Source: Candidatus Harrisonbacteria bacterium (GTDB lineage Bacteria > Patescibacteriota > Minisyncoccia > UBA6257 > UBA11618). From it: a DNA stretch of 58,198 nt. The DNA is taken from NCBI GenBank assembly GCA_023244855.1, contig JAHFLO010000003.1, positions 1 through 58,198 of the forward strand. Direction: 5' to 3'. Positions 17,301 to 25,137 of this stretch are shown in pieces. The translations under genes and the position numbers were made by a program. Numbering within the stretch: position 1 is the stretch's first letter; every line of letters begins with the position of its first letter. The notes beneath the pieces are model-generated. The model did no database searches. It had not been told where the DNA came from and saw only the letters and a program-made list of their open reading frames with translations.

Positions 17301-17505
17301 AAAGATTATGACGAAAACGAACAAGCCGATGATGTTTGTTACGCTCGAAGACATGTCCGGCACGCTCGACGTTATCGTATTCCCAAAGACCTTAGAAAAA
17401 GGCGAAGAGCCATGGCAAGTGGGTGCTGTGATCGCTATTTTGGGCCATATGTCGTGGCGCGACGACGAACCGAGCTTAATAGCCGAAGGCGCGCGGATAC
17501 TTTAA
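14335..17505 (+). CDS. dnaE: DNA polymerase III alpha subunit
   Basis: PHP domain start FVHLHTHSHYSLLDG, polymerase core (GPGRGSAAGS, PDIDVDI) and a C-terminal OB-fold region. 1056 aa. Confidence 0.95.
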   Translation: MKFVHLHTHSHYSLLDGLAKPTELVARAKELGMEALALTDHGNLYGAIEFYQLAKKAGIKPILGVEAYICPRTRFDKAHGADDKSYHLTLLVENKTGWHNLMKLVTKANLEGFYYKPRMDRELLKMHHEGLIALSGCASGELIRTILKSGMAAAEQVVRDYEEIFGKGNYFLEIGHHPNFSPKDHAVVKPALIELSKKFGIPLVATQDIHYLKKEDAEYHDILLAVGTGNRITDEKRLTLKADDFSMRSPEEMAECFVDLPEALEQTVVIAERCNIELTLGKSILPVFPLPEGETDNSYLMRLVHERTAGRYPEKTKEVEERVAYELSVIAGTGYAGYFLIVQDFINWAKDRGIVVGPGRGSAAGSITAYILGITNVDPLPYNLLFERFLNPDRIQMPDIDVDIADSRRGEVLGYLKEKYGDDRVANIITFGTMAARAAVRDVGRALGADYSLCDKLAKLIPFKVGQELAAALETTEDLRSFIASDPMAKRIIDAAGHLEGVARHASVHACGTVVAPGTLSDYLPLQYAPQDPSTIVTQFEMHAVESLGILKMDILGLKNLSILEEAIRLVREAGKGEIDANHLPQGDEKTYAMLREGDTTGVFQFESAGMRRYMKLLKPNQLEDLVALVALYRPGPMESIPSFIDRKHGKEKITYLHPKLEPILRPTYGIGVYQEQMMQIARDLAGYTLAEADTLRKAIGKKIQALLDEQREKIIKGMVARDIPMDVAKEIWELFPSFARYGFNKSHAVCYAVIGYQTAYLKANYPVELMTALLNADAGDTERMTFLVAECAKMGIQVLPPDINKSAVNFAPEEQNIRFGLLAIKNVGANIVDALVAERNAGGPFATLAELLYRVHHKDLNKKSLESLMKAGALDSLGTSRSTLIGNLEEIIKFSSLVKKSKNESQAGLFGGAVISSNALKLAPMPEIPSAEQLQWEKELIGFYISSHPLEAYKEKLTAIKARPIKEALLVKAVKEEVIVGGLVAAVRKIMTKTNKPMMFVTLEDMSGTLDVIVFPKTLEKGEEPWQVGAVIAILGHMSWRDDEPSLIAEGARIL

Positions 17506-17508
17506 TTT

Positions 17509-17552
17509 TTTGAAAAAAAGAAACCCGAACTGCGCACGGCGTGCAGTTCGGG
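17509..17552 (-). terminator. rho-independent terminator between convergent dnaE and the GNAT gene
   Basis: Stem CCCGAACTGC / GCAGTTCGGG (17524-17533 / 17543-17552). The minus-strand reading is followed by TTTCTTTTTTT. There is no T run on the plus strand. Confidence 0.65.
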
Positions 17553-17564
17553 CGTCAACCTGAT

Positions 17565-18110
17565 TCAAAGTTCAATAGTTTCGTCTCCGTTCACAACCAT
17601 AACGTCGTTCCATGTGAATCCTGTTGGTGGCGGACGTTGTAGTGTGAGAAAGGCTTCTTGAAAGTTTCCATCATCATCATGATATTCGGTGATGAGGACC
17701 ACGGCAAAGCCGTTGCGTTCAAGAAAGCGTCTCCCGCCGGCATTCTTATTACTCACGTCGATGGAGAGTTGTTGTTTTTGCCAAACATTGAGCGCTATCA
17801 AAAAATGTTTCAGTAATCGCGTTCCAATTTTGCGTCGCCGAGACTTTTTCGCGACCCGGATGGTATAAATGTACCCTGAGTCTGGATAGGCAACGGCAAA
17901 TCCTTGCACGACGCCGTTTTCGACAGCGACGACTCCATACACCTGCTCTTCAAGAATCCAATTGAAAAATGCCTTTCCTTCAATTGGGCCACCATCTTCT
18001 TCTTCGATGGTAATGAGTGCGCGGATATCGGTCATATTCCATGGTCTCACGGTGATCGCGGGGCGTCGTTTAAATAGCCACCCCGCAAGAACTTTCAGTA
18101 ATTTGAGCAT
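17565..18110 (-). CDS. GNAT-family N-acetyltransferase
   Basis: Acetyl-CoA motif A region IRVAKKSRRRKIGTRLLKHF and FLERNGF. Trimmed to Met19 (ATG 18108-18110), preceded by GGAAGGAG 7 nt upstream. Confidence 0.6.
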   Translation of the reverse strand: MLKLLKVLAGWLFKRRPAITVRPWNMTDIRALITIEEEDGGPIEGKAFFNWILEEQVYGVVAVENGVVQGFAVAYPDSGYIYTIRVAKKSRRRKIGTRLLKHFLIALNVWQKQQLSIDVSNKNAGGRRFLERNGFAVVLITEYHDDDGNFQEAFLTLQRPPPTGFTWNDVMVVNGDETIEL

Positions 18111-18204
18111 GGGGAGGCTCCTTCCTTGGTATGCAGTATCAATGTGCGTGGCGCAGAAGAACATCTCCCGCCATATTTCGGATAGTACTCCCCCTTTTTA
18201 TAGT

Positions 18205-18233
18205 TTGCCAGTCCTATGGTTTTCGTTTATCTT
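18205..18233 (+). promoter_or_regulatory. putative thrS promoter giving a near-leaderless mRNA
   Basis: TTGCCA (18205-18210), 17-nt spacer, TATCTT (18228-18233). Only 10 nt separate the -10 from the ATG, and there is no SD. Confidence 0.35.
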
Positions 18234-18243
18234 TTGAATACTT

Positions 18244-19449
18244 ATGGAAGAACCTGAAAAGAAGCATCGTGATCACCGCGAGTTAGGGCAGTTGCTCGAT
18301 TTATTTTCGTTCCACGATATCGCCCCGGGGGCTGCTTTTTGGCACCCGAACGGCATGACAATATTCCGCGTACTCGAGCAGGCGGCGCGGCAGATGAACG
18401 ACCGCGCAGGGTATAAAGAAATTTCGACGCCTATTATGGTGAAGAGCGACGTGTTCAAAAAATCCGGCCATTGGGAGCACTACCGTAAAAACATGTTCCA
18501 CTTTGTGAACCCTACGGACGAAAACGAAGAGCTCGCGATAAAGCCGATGAACTGCCCCGAGTCCACGTATGTGTTCAACGCGTCGACGCGTAGTTATCGC
18601 GATATGCCGTTGCGGTTTGCTGAATTAGGGCGTTTGCACCGCAACGAGCTTTCGGGAACATTGGGCGGATTATTCCGCGTACGGCAGATGACAATGGACG
18701 ACGCGCACGTATATTGCCGGCCCGACCAAGTGGAGGGCGAGATTCGGCATATTATTGATTTAACTTCCCGCTTTTACGCCGTGTTCGGTTTCAAGCCGAC
18801 GTGCGTCCTCGCGACGCGGCCGGAGAAGTTTATGGGTGACGCGGCGGATTGGGATAAAGCCGAGGCGGCTTTGAAAAGCGCGCTTGCTGCGAGCGGCATG
18901 GCGTACGAATTGCAGGAGGGCGAAGGCGCTTTTTACGGCCCGAAGATCGAGTTTCACTTGCGCGACTCGCAGGATCGTGACTGGCAGATGGGCACGGCGC
19001 AATTAGACCTCGTAATGCTGCCGAAACAATTCGAAACCTGCTACATAGACGAAGAGGGCAATAAAAAAATGCCGTGGGTCATACACCGTGCCATATTCGG
19101 TACGTTTGAGCGCTTCATCGGCATGATGCTCGAACACACAGATGGCACGCTCCCCGTGTGGCTCGCGCCCGTACAAGCAACAGTGCTCTATGTGAACGAC
19201 ACTCAGCGGGCTTATGCAGAAGAAGTGGTTGGGGCGCTTATAGAGGTAGGCGTACGCGCGGAGCTTGATATGCAAAACGCCACCTTAGGCAAAAAAATCC
19301 GCGTGGCGGAAGTCTTACGCATCCCCGTCATCGCCGTGATCGGCGAAAAAGAAGTCACCGCCCGCACGGTAAGCGTACGCAACGAAGTTAAAAGCTTCGA
19401 CGACTTTATTGCGGATACCGCTAAGGCGGCCCGGATTCCGGTTATTTAA
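18244..19449 (+). CDS. thrS: threonyl-tRNA synthetase, catalytic core plus anticodon-binding domain only
   Basis: It starts at the class II core (KKHRDHRELGQLLDLFSF, equivalent to RDHRKLG..LDLF). Motif 2 is FRVRQMTMDDAH and motif 3 is GAFYGPKIEF. An anticodon-binding domain follows. There is no TGS or editing domain, and no upstream in-frame extension. Confidence 0.85.
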   Translation: MEEPEKKHRDHRELGQLLDLFSFHDIAPGAAFWHPNGMTIFRVLEQAARQMNDRAGYKEISTPIMVKSDVFKKSGHWEHYRKNMFHFVNPTDENEELAIKPMNCPESTYVFNASTRSYRDMPLRFAELGRLHRNELSGTLGGLFRVRQMTMDDAHVYCRPDQVEGEIRHIIDLTSRFYAVFGFKPTCVLATRPEKFMGDAADWDKAEAALKSALAASGMAYELQEGEGAFYGPKIEFHLRDSQDRDWQMGTAQLDLVMLPKQFETCYIDEEGNKKMPWVIHRAIFGTFERFIGMMLEHTDGTLPVWLAPVQATVLYVNDTQRAYAEEVVGALIEVGVRAELDMQNATLGKKIRVAEVLRIPVIAVIGEKEVTARTVSVRNEVKSFDDFIADTAKAARIPVI

Positions 19450-19473
19450 AAATACGGTATAAAAAATAAAAAT

Positions 19474-19500
19474 AGGCTGATGTTAGTCAGCTTATTTTTA
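19474..19500. terminator. weak bidirectional terminator between thrS and the convergent small gene
   Basis: ~7-bp stem AGGCTGA / TCAGCTT with a 6-nt loop, flanked by A and T runs. Confidence 0.3.
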
Positions 19501-19501
19501 T

Positions 19502-19939
19502 TTAATAGAACCAGTTTATTGTTCTACCAACGCAATGATTTGCCCAAGAAAGCCATATACCGCGGCAATTTTTTTCCTGAATTCTGATGTTTTCCGCCGT
19601 TCTTCCGGTAGGGGCTATGAGGGAAGATATAAATCCGCGTGTCGCAATAGGATGATTGATTCCCGCCGCCCTTTCTTCATTTATTTGCTCTCTTGTGGCG
19701 TAGCCGGCGTATGGTGCCGTTTGAGGGGTGAGTCTTTCTCTTGTAAGTGAATAAGTTGACTGAGCTCCTCCAGTGGATGGTTGTGTTTGATTAACAGGTC
19801 TTCCGCTGGTATTGTTTCCGGAGCCAGTTGAGCCGCTAGACATACAGTTAACGCAGTCCCATGGGCCGTAAGGAATACCTTGCGCGGATGCAGTTAAAGC
19901 GCTTCCAAGAAAAATTCCTATGATAAAAAATAGTTTCAT
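19502..19939 (-). CDS. small secreted protein (hypothetical, 4 Cys)
   Basis: Signal peptide MKLFFIIGIFLGSALTASAQG, a Ser/Gly/Thr-rich linker, and no known motif. Confidence 0.5.
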   Translation of the reverse strand: MKLFFIIGIFLGSALTASAQGIPYGPWDCVNCMSSGSTGSGNNTSGRPVNQTQPSTGGAQSTYSLTRERLTPQTAPYAGYATREQINEERAAGINHPIATRGFISSLIAPTGRTAENIRIQEKNCRGIWLSWANHCVGRTINWFY

Positions 19940-19995
19940 AGTATAAGTATATGTTTTTTTAGGCAGATAACTAATTTACTTATCCACAGGTAGCC

Positions 19996-21405
19996 TTACT
20001 TCAAAAGCTTTTCGAAAATTTCCCTAAGTAATGCGGGGTTGCCGGTGCCTTTCATTTCTTTCATTGCTTTACCCACGAGGAAGTGTAGGGATTCTAGTTT
20101 TCCTTTTTTATAGTCTTCGAGTGCTTTCGGGTTTTCTTCGATTATTTTTTTAGCCGTTTCTTCGAGTCCTGCGGCATCCGATATCTGGCGCAAGCCTTTT
20201 TCCGTTACTGTGGCTTCGGCCGTGGCGCCCGTTGCTACCATATGCGCTAAGGCGTCTTTCGCTCCGCGGCTACCTACCTCTCCTTTTGCCGCCATTGCAA
20301 CGAGGGACGCAAAATTTGCGGGTGTTAGCTTCAGGTTCGTAAATTGCATGGCGTCTTTCTTCATCATTCCCCACAGGTCGCTCGTGAAATAGTTGAGGAG
20401 TAATACGTAGTTGGGCGTGGCATCGAGCTCTTTGAGCTCGCTTGCCGCCTCTTCGAAGTATTCCGCGGCGGCACGGTCTTCGGTTACCACATATGCATCC
20501 ACCTCTTTCATGCCGTATTCGTTAATAAAGCGCGCGCGCTTTTCGTGCGGCAGTTCGGGGATGGCGGCTTTGAGCGCCTCCAAGTCGAAGGCATCCGCGT
20601 ACATTGGCGGCAGGTCTGGCTCGGGGAAATAGCGGTAGTCATGCGCGTCTTCTTTCGTGCGCTGGCTTACCGTGATCCCCTTTTCTGCGTTCCAGCCGCG
20701 CGTTTCTTGAATTATTGTTTCTCCCGCATCAAGTGCCGCGGAGTGCCGCTTATATTCATATTCAATAGCGTCGTGCACCGCCTTGAAGGAGTTAATGTTT
20801 TTAACCTCCACCTTTGTGCCCATATTTATCGAAATATTTGCTTCTAGCCGCATGAGCCCTTTTTCCATATCAGCGTCGGATGTTCCGAGATAACGTAAAA
20901 TACGGCGTAGCTCTTCGCCAAATTCAGCGGCTTCTTTAGCGCTTCTGATATCCGGCTCCGTAACTATCTCCATCAAGGGTGCGCTTGCGCGGTTAAAGTC
21001 CACGAGGGAGTTACCCGCTTCGTGCATTAAGCTGCCGGCATCTTCTTCTAAATGGATGCGCGTAATGCGGACGCCGTTTAAGCTGCCGCCTAAGACGAGC
21101 GGTTCGTCGTATTGTGATATCTGGTAGCCCTTGGGTAAGTCCGGATAAAAATAATTTTTGCGGTCGAATTTTGACCGGCCTTTGGGAAATACGGTGCCGC
21201 CTAAGGCCAAGCCGAGCTGGAGTACGAGCTCAACGGCCTTTTTGTTGATGGTTGGGAGTGTGCCAGGGTGGCCCGTGCAGACGGGGCAGACGTTTACGTT
21301 TGGGTGCGTTTCGTCGGGGTCGTTAACGCAGTCACAGAACATCTTCGTGCGCGTTTTCAGTTCCACGTGGATTTCGAGACCGACGGTAAGCTGCCGTTCT
21401 TTCAT
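19996..21405 (-). CDS. gatB: Asp/Glu-tRNA(Asn/Gln) amidotransferase subunit B
   Basis: GLEIHVEL, CDC...CPVCTGHPGTLP, HLEEDAG and a C-terminal YqeY-like tail. Confidence 0.95.
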   Translation of the reverse strand: MKERQLTVGLEIHVELKTRTKMFCDCVNDPDETHPNVNVCPVCTGHPGTLPTINKKAVELVLQLGLALGGTVFPKGRSKFDRKNYFYPDLPKGYQISQYDEPLVLGGSLNGVRITRIHLEEDAGSLMHEAGNSLVDFNRASAPLMEIVTEPDIRSAKEAAEFGEELRRILRYLGTSDADMEKGLMRLEANISINMGTKVEVKNINSFKAVHDAIEYEYKRHSAALDAGETIIQETRGWNAEKGITVSQRTKEDAHDYRYFPEPDLPPMYADAFDLEALKAAIPELPHEKRARFINEYGMKEVDAYVVTEDRAAAEYFEEAASELKELDATPNYVLLLNYFTSDLWGMMKKDAMQFTNLKLTPANFASLVAMAAKGEVGSRGAKDALAHMVATGATAEATVTEKGLRQISDAAGLEETAKKIIEENPKALEDYKKGKLESLHFLVGKAMKEMKGTGNPALLREIFEKLLK

Positions 21406-21414
21406 GGGCTGATT

Positions 21415-22635
21415 CTAGCGGAGACTACCCAAGTATTCAATCGTAGCGGCTTTTGTTGCGTTTCCCCACGATCCCTTGCCGTATTTGAAGAATGCGTGCG
21501 CTAGCTTCCACGCTTCCGGCCCCTTCATCGCGTCAACAATCGCGTTTTGCAGTTCCGCCATGGCGCGTTCGGTACGCCATCCGTAGATGCCGGTTGGGCC
21601 TGTTTCGGCTAGGGCCTGGGCTTCGGGGCCAATATTCAATGCGATTAGAAATATTTGAAGCGTCGCTACATCAACCCCTTTATCCCCGCGTATAAGGGGA
21701 GTTTTTATCGTTGCGACATCCCTCCCTTTTGCGGGCGCGGTGGGGGCCTTCGGCGTGGCGGGTAGAATCGTAATGGGTGTTTTTACCGCAGGTGTTTCTT
21801 TAGGAGTCGCTCCGTTTGCGTTTGTATTTATGTTTGCGTTTACAGGAGTCGCTATTAGCGCGGGCTGCTGTGAAGATGTAAGCTTGCTTCCTCCATTACG
21901 CGCTGCAATCACGACGCCGAACGATCCGTTATTGATTTCCTCTGGTGTTAGCTTAGTTTCCCATACGTCCTTTGCGCCGCCGTACGATCTGAATTCGTCT
22001 TGCGCGGACCACGGCTCTTCTTTAGCGTATTCCGCGCCCACAATTTTTCCGCCTACAACAAGGCGTACAGAATAGTCTTTGATGGTATCAGGGCCTTCAG
22101 CGGAGCGTTTTACATCGAGCGTTATACCCGACACCCTTCCCGTTTTTGGCACTGCAAAACCGAAATTGAGCGCACGGACGTAATACGAAGAATCTCCAAA
22201 CTGCATTTCCGCTACGGATCGGTTACCGTCTTCCTTACTTGTATTTTCGGGAAATATCCATCCGGTACCGCCGACACTCACGTCGTTCGAAACCGACCCG
22301 AGGGGCTTCGTTTGGATTTCTCCGTTATCGTAATGGATGGTAAGGCGCAGGTAGTCGATGCGCGCCTTAGTTCTAGGCGAGTACGAATAACCTCCACCGC
22401 CACCACCTCCACCACCTCCCCCCCCACCACCACCGCTACCACTGTTACCACCGCTCCCGCTATCGCCGAAGGCTATGTTATAAGACAGCGGTAATGCTTG
22501 CGAGTTTAAGAGCGCACCGCCACCAACGAATAGGAAGAAGAATAAAATACCGACGGCCGATTTGGCGTTTTGACTTCCTCGCTCATCGGCGAGTATGCGA
22601 AAAAATTCCCGCATAAGCTTGTTCGCTATGCGCAT
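21415..22635 (-). CDS. membrane-anchored envelope protein with a poly-Gly tract and a C-terminal peptidoglycan-binding domain
   Basis: N-terminal TM helix (VGILFFFLFVGGGALL), then GSGGNSGSGGGGGGGGGGGGGGG, a central beta-rich region and a Thr/Pro/Ala linker. The C-terminus is PG_binding_1-like (VATLQIFLIALNIGPEAQALAETGPTGIYGWRTERAMAELQ). Confidence 0.6.
   Translation of the reverse strand: MRIANKLMREFFRILADERGSQNAKSAVGILFFFLFVGGGALLNSQALPLSYNIAFGDSGSGGNSGSGGGGGGGGGGGGGGGYSYSPRTKARIDYLRLTIHYDNGEIQTKPLGSVSNDVSVGGTGWIFPENTSKEDGNRSVAEMQFGDSSYYVRALNFGFAVPKTGRVSGITLDVKRSAEGPDTIKDYSVRLVVGGKIVGAEYAKEEPWSAQDEFRSYGGAKDVWETKLTPEEINNGSFGVVIAARNGGSKLTSSQQPALIATPVNANINTNANGATPKETPAVKTPITILPATPKAPTAPAKGRDVATIKTPLIRGDKGVDVATLQIFLIALNIGPEAQALAETGPTGIYGWRTERAMAELQNAIVDAMKGPEAWKLAHAFFKYGKGSWGNATKAATIEYLGSLR
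22390..22462. repeat. GGN/CCN simple-sequence tract (encodes the poly-Gly run), including an 8-nt C/G homopolymer at 22418-22425
   Basis: The plus strand reads cctccaccgccaccacctccaccacctccccccccaccaccaccgctaccactgttaccaccgctcccgc. Confidence 0.9.
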
Positions 22636-22684
22636 ACGATTATAGTATCAGGAAGATCCTTATGGACGCACTGTTTATAACTCC

Positions 22685-24103
22685 TTACTGCCTGTATTCG
22701 AAAATGCGTTCGCTTATGCGCGTGAAATGCGGATTGTTTTCGGGATTTATTGGGGTGCTGCGCCGCGCGTTGTAGATAAGTGAGGGTGTTCCGAGCTTCT
22801 CCCATGGTGCCTCGTTAAACGGCGCGACGATTACGGGATGCTCTGTGTAGCCGAGGACGAACTGGCGATACGTCGTACTATTTATGAATAGCGGCATGCC
22901 GGCGTGCTTTCCTTGTAATGCCGTTAGTTCGCGAAATTCGGCAGCATTCACAAGCGGTTCCATCCGCACGCTTTCGTATAAGGAATAGCCGGCAATAAGG
23001 ATAAGGAGTAGGGCGGCGGCGCTCTTCAATGGCTTCGTATCGATTTTTCGGCTGAATTCGGCGAATGCATAACCTCCGAGGATGACACAGCTTATATCGA
23101 ACAGTACGACGAAGCGATTATGGAATACGGCATTGACGGAGATTAGGATGAGATTCACGAGCGCATACCAGCCGATAGCCGGCAGCGTTCCTTGTTGTAT
23201 GCCCCATGCGAGGGCAGTAAGCGCAAACGGCACATAGAAGAGCATCAACGCGTCGTGGTAAAAGGAGAATTCCACGAAATGCCCTGCGAGAAAAAGCGTT
23301 TGCGTTGCGGCGTACGTGCCCGTTGCGTACGAAACGAGATATTCCGCGTATCCATAGAGGGCATTCCATTTGAATGCGGCGGTGGCGGCTGCTCCCGTTG
23401 CCGCGACAGCCAAGGAGTACCGTTTAGTGCCGCTTGTAATACCGGTAAGAATGATAGTGGCCGTAAGCGGGACGATGGTGAGCGGGTGGACGATACCCGC
23501 AAGGGCTGCATATATGGCAGCGCGTTTTTGCCCGCGCGCATAGGCGTCGAGCGCAAAGAGGGTGAGCGCGAGGGCAATTTCCATTTTAAGGAAGAATGAC
23601 CAATAAAAAAGGAATTGGGGTAAGGAGACGGCATATACCGCGATACTGAAGAGCGCTGACCGTGCTCCCCATTCTCTTTTCGTAATGCGCCAAACGCCGT
23701 ACATAAGCAGAGCGCTAGCGGCGAGGTGAATTACGATAAGGATTGTTTGGGTTTCCGCACCCATGGCATACGGCAGGTATCCGAGAAGCGCTAAGGGTTC
23801 TTCGGCACATGCGGCAATTGATGCGAAGCATGCGTTGAAATTGCGATAGTAGGCACCCATGTCCGCGCCGAGCGCGGGCCATCCCCACCGCATAAAGGGA
23901 ATAAGCCGCAGTATCGCAAAAAGCGCGGCCGTAAGCGCGATCCAGCGGGAGCGTACGTGATTAGTAACGGTTTTTCCCGGCTGCGTGCCGAGGGTCCATA
24001 GTACGACGGCGGAAAAAGACGCGTAGAGAATAAAAATTGGCAGGGTCGCATGGAGGGGCGTTGCTAAAAGCACAAGCGCGAGATAGGTTGCTAGTACGTA
24101 CAT
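22685..24103 (-). CDS. large polytopic membrane protein (uncharacterised; polymerase/ligase- or GT-C-like)
   Basis: Trimmed to Met33 (ATG 24101-24103). It has more than 10 hydrophobic helices and a ~90-aa C-terminal soluble part. It is divergent from the GT2 gene with only 15 nt between the start codons. Confidence 0.5.
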   Translation of the reverse strand: MYVLATYLALVLLATPLHATLPIFILYASFSAVVLWTLGTQPGKTVTNHVRSRWIALTAALFAILRLIPFMRWGWPALGADMGAYYRNFNACFASIAACAEEPLALLGYLPYAMGAETQTILIVIHLAASALLMYGVWRITKREWGARSALFSIAVYAVSLPQFLFYWSFFLKMEIALALTLFALDAYARGQKRAAIYAALAGIVHPLTIVPLTATIILTGITSGTKRYSLAVAATGAAATAAFKWNALYGYAEYLVSYATGTYAATQTLFLAGHFVEFSFYHDALMLFYVPFALTALAWGIQQGTLPAIGWYALVNLILISVNAVFHNRFVVLFDISCVILGGYAFAEFSRKIDTKPLKSAAALLLILIAGYSLYESVRMEPLVNAAEFRELTALQGKHAGMPLFINSTTYRQFVLGYTEHPVIVAPFNEAPWEKLGTPSLIYNARRSTPINPENNPHFTRISERIFEYRQ

Positions 24104-24118
24104 GATTACAGAAGTGTA

Positions 24119-24790
24119 ATGAAAGGTATTGCCGTTGTCATTCCCGCATATAATGAAGCTGCACGCGTTGCGGAGGTGGCTTTGGGAGCCGCGCAGCATG
24201 CGGAATTCGTTATTGTGGTGGACGACGGATCAACGGATACAACATGGGAAGCGGTTAAGGGTCTGTCACGGCCGATATATCCGTTACGGCATCGTATTAA
24301 TATGGGTAAGGGGTCGGCGCTTAAGACTGGCTGTGCGGCTGCGCTCCGTTTAGGGTCGGAAATAATCGTCATGATGGATGCTGATGGCCAGCATCCGCCG
24401 GAATACATTCCCCGCCTCGTGCGTCATATGCGCGAAAACAACCTCGACTTCGTTTTTACGGAGCGCTCCCACGGCGACCGGATGCCGTTCGTCCGCCGTG
24501 CGGGTAACTGGGCAGTGAATAAAGCAGCATTACATCTCTTCGGCTTGCGTACGAACGACGTATGGTGCGGTTTCCGCGCGTTCCGCTTATCGTGCCTGCC
24601 TGCCGTCGCGTGGCGTGCCCGCGACTATTCGGGGGAAGTCCAAATGGCGCTTTCGGTGGCGCAGAAGGGTATTCCGTACGGCACGGTTCCTATACCAACC
24701 ATTTACGAAACCGGTGCGGCAAAGGGCGTGCACATACTCCACGGGCTGAAGTTGCTCGGGCAAATGGCGGTTTGGCGTATAACTCTTTAA
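24119..24790 (+). CDS. GT2 glycosyltransferase (polyprenyl-phosphate sugar synthase-like)
   Basis: VVIPAYNEA, VDDGSTDTT and MDADGQHPP (DxD) motifs. Confidence 0.8.
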   Translation: MKGIAVVIPAYNEAARVAEVALGAAQHAEFVIVVDDGSTDTTWEAVKGLSRPIYPLRHRINMGKGSALKTGCAAALRLGSEIIVMMDADGQHPPEYIPRLVRHMRENNLDFVFTERSHGDRMPFVRRAGNWAVNKAALHLFGLRTNDVWCGFRAFRLSCLPAVAWRARDYSGEVQMALSVAQKGIPYGTVPIPTIYETGAAKGVHILHGLKLLGQMAVWRITL

Positions 24791-24800
24791 AATCTTCCTT

Positions 24801-25130
24801 ATGGTCGGCATCCAACTTATCGCAATCGTCGTGGCACTTGCGGCAGTGCATTTGACGCATCTCTATTACAAGCGGCTGCATTTCTCTAAAAAAGAACTCC
24901 TCTTTTGGGGCTTTTTATGGCTCGTTTTCATGTTCGTTGCTATTTTTCCGCGGAGCGTTTCCCCTCTTACCGGTTATTTGGGTCTCGCGCGGCCGATGGA
25001 CCTCATAATGATAATCGCCTTCATAGTGCTCTTTTCCCTCGCTTTTCATAATTACGTCATGGCGCGTAAGCACGAGTCGGCGCTTGAACGTCTTGTGCGT
25101 GAAATTGCGCTTAAGGATATCGACGCATGA
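24801..25130 (+). CDS. DUF2304-family small membrane protein
   Basis: 109 aa with 3-4 TM helices. The ...ARPMDLIMIIAFIVLF... and C-terminal ERLVREIAL pattern is typical of the DUF2304 partners of GT2 genes. Confidence 0.6.
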   Translation: MVGIQLIAIVVALAAVHLTHLYYKRLHFSKKELLFWGFLWLVFMFVAIFPRSVSPLTGYLGLARPMDLIMIIAFIVLFSLAFHNYVMARKHESALERLVREIALKDIDA

Positions 25131-25137
25131 TTGGTAT

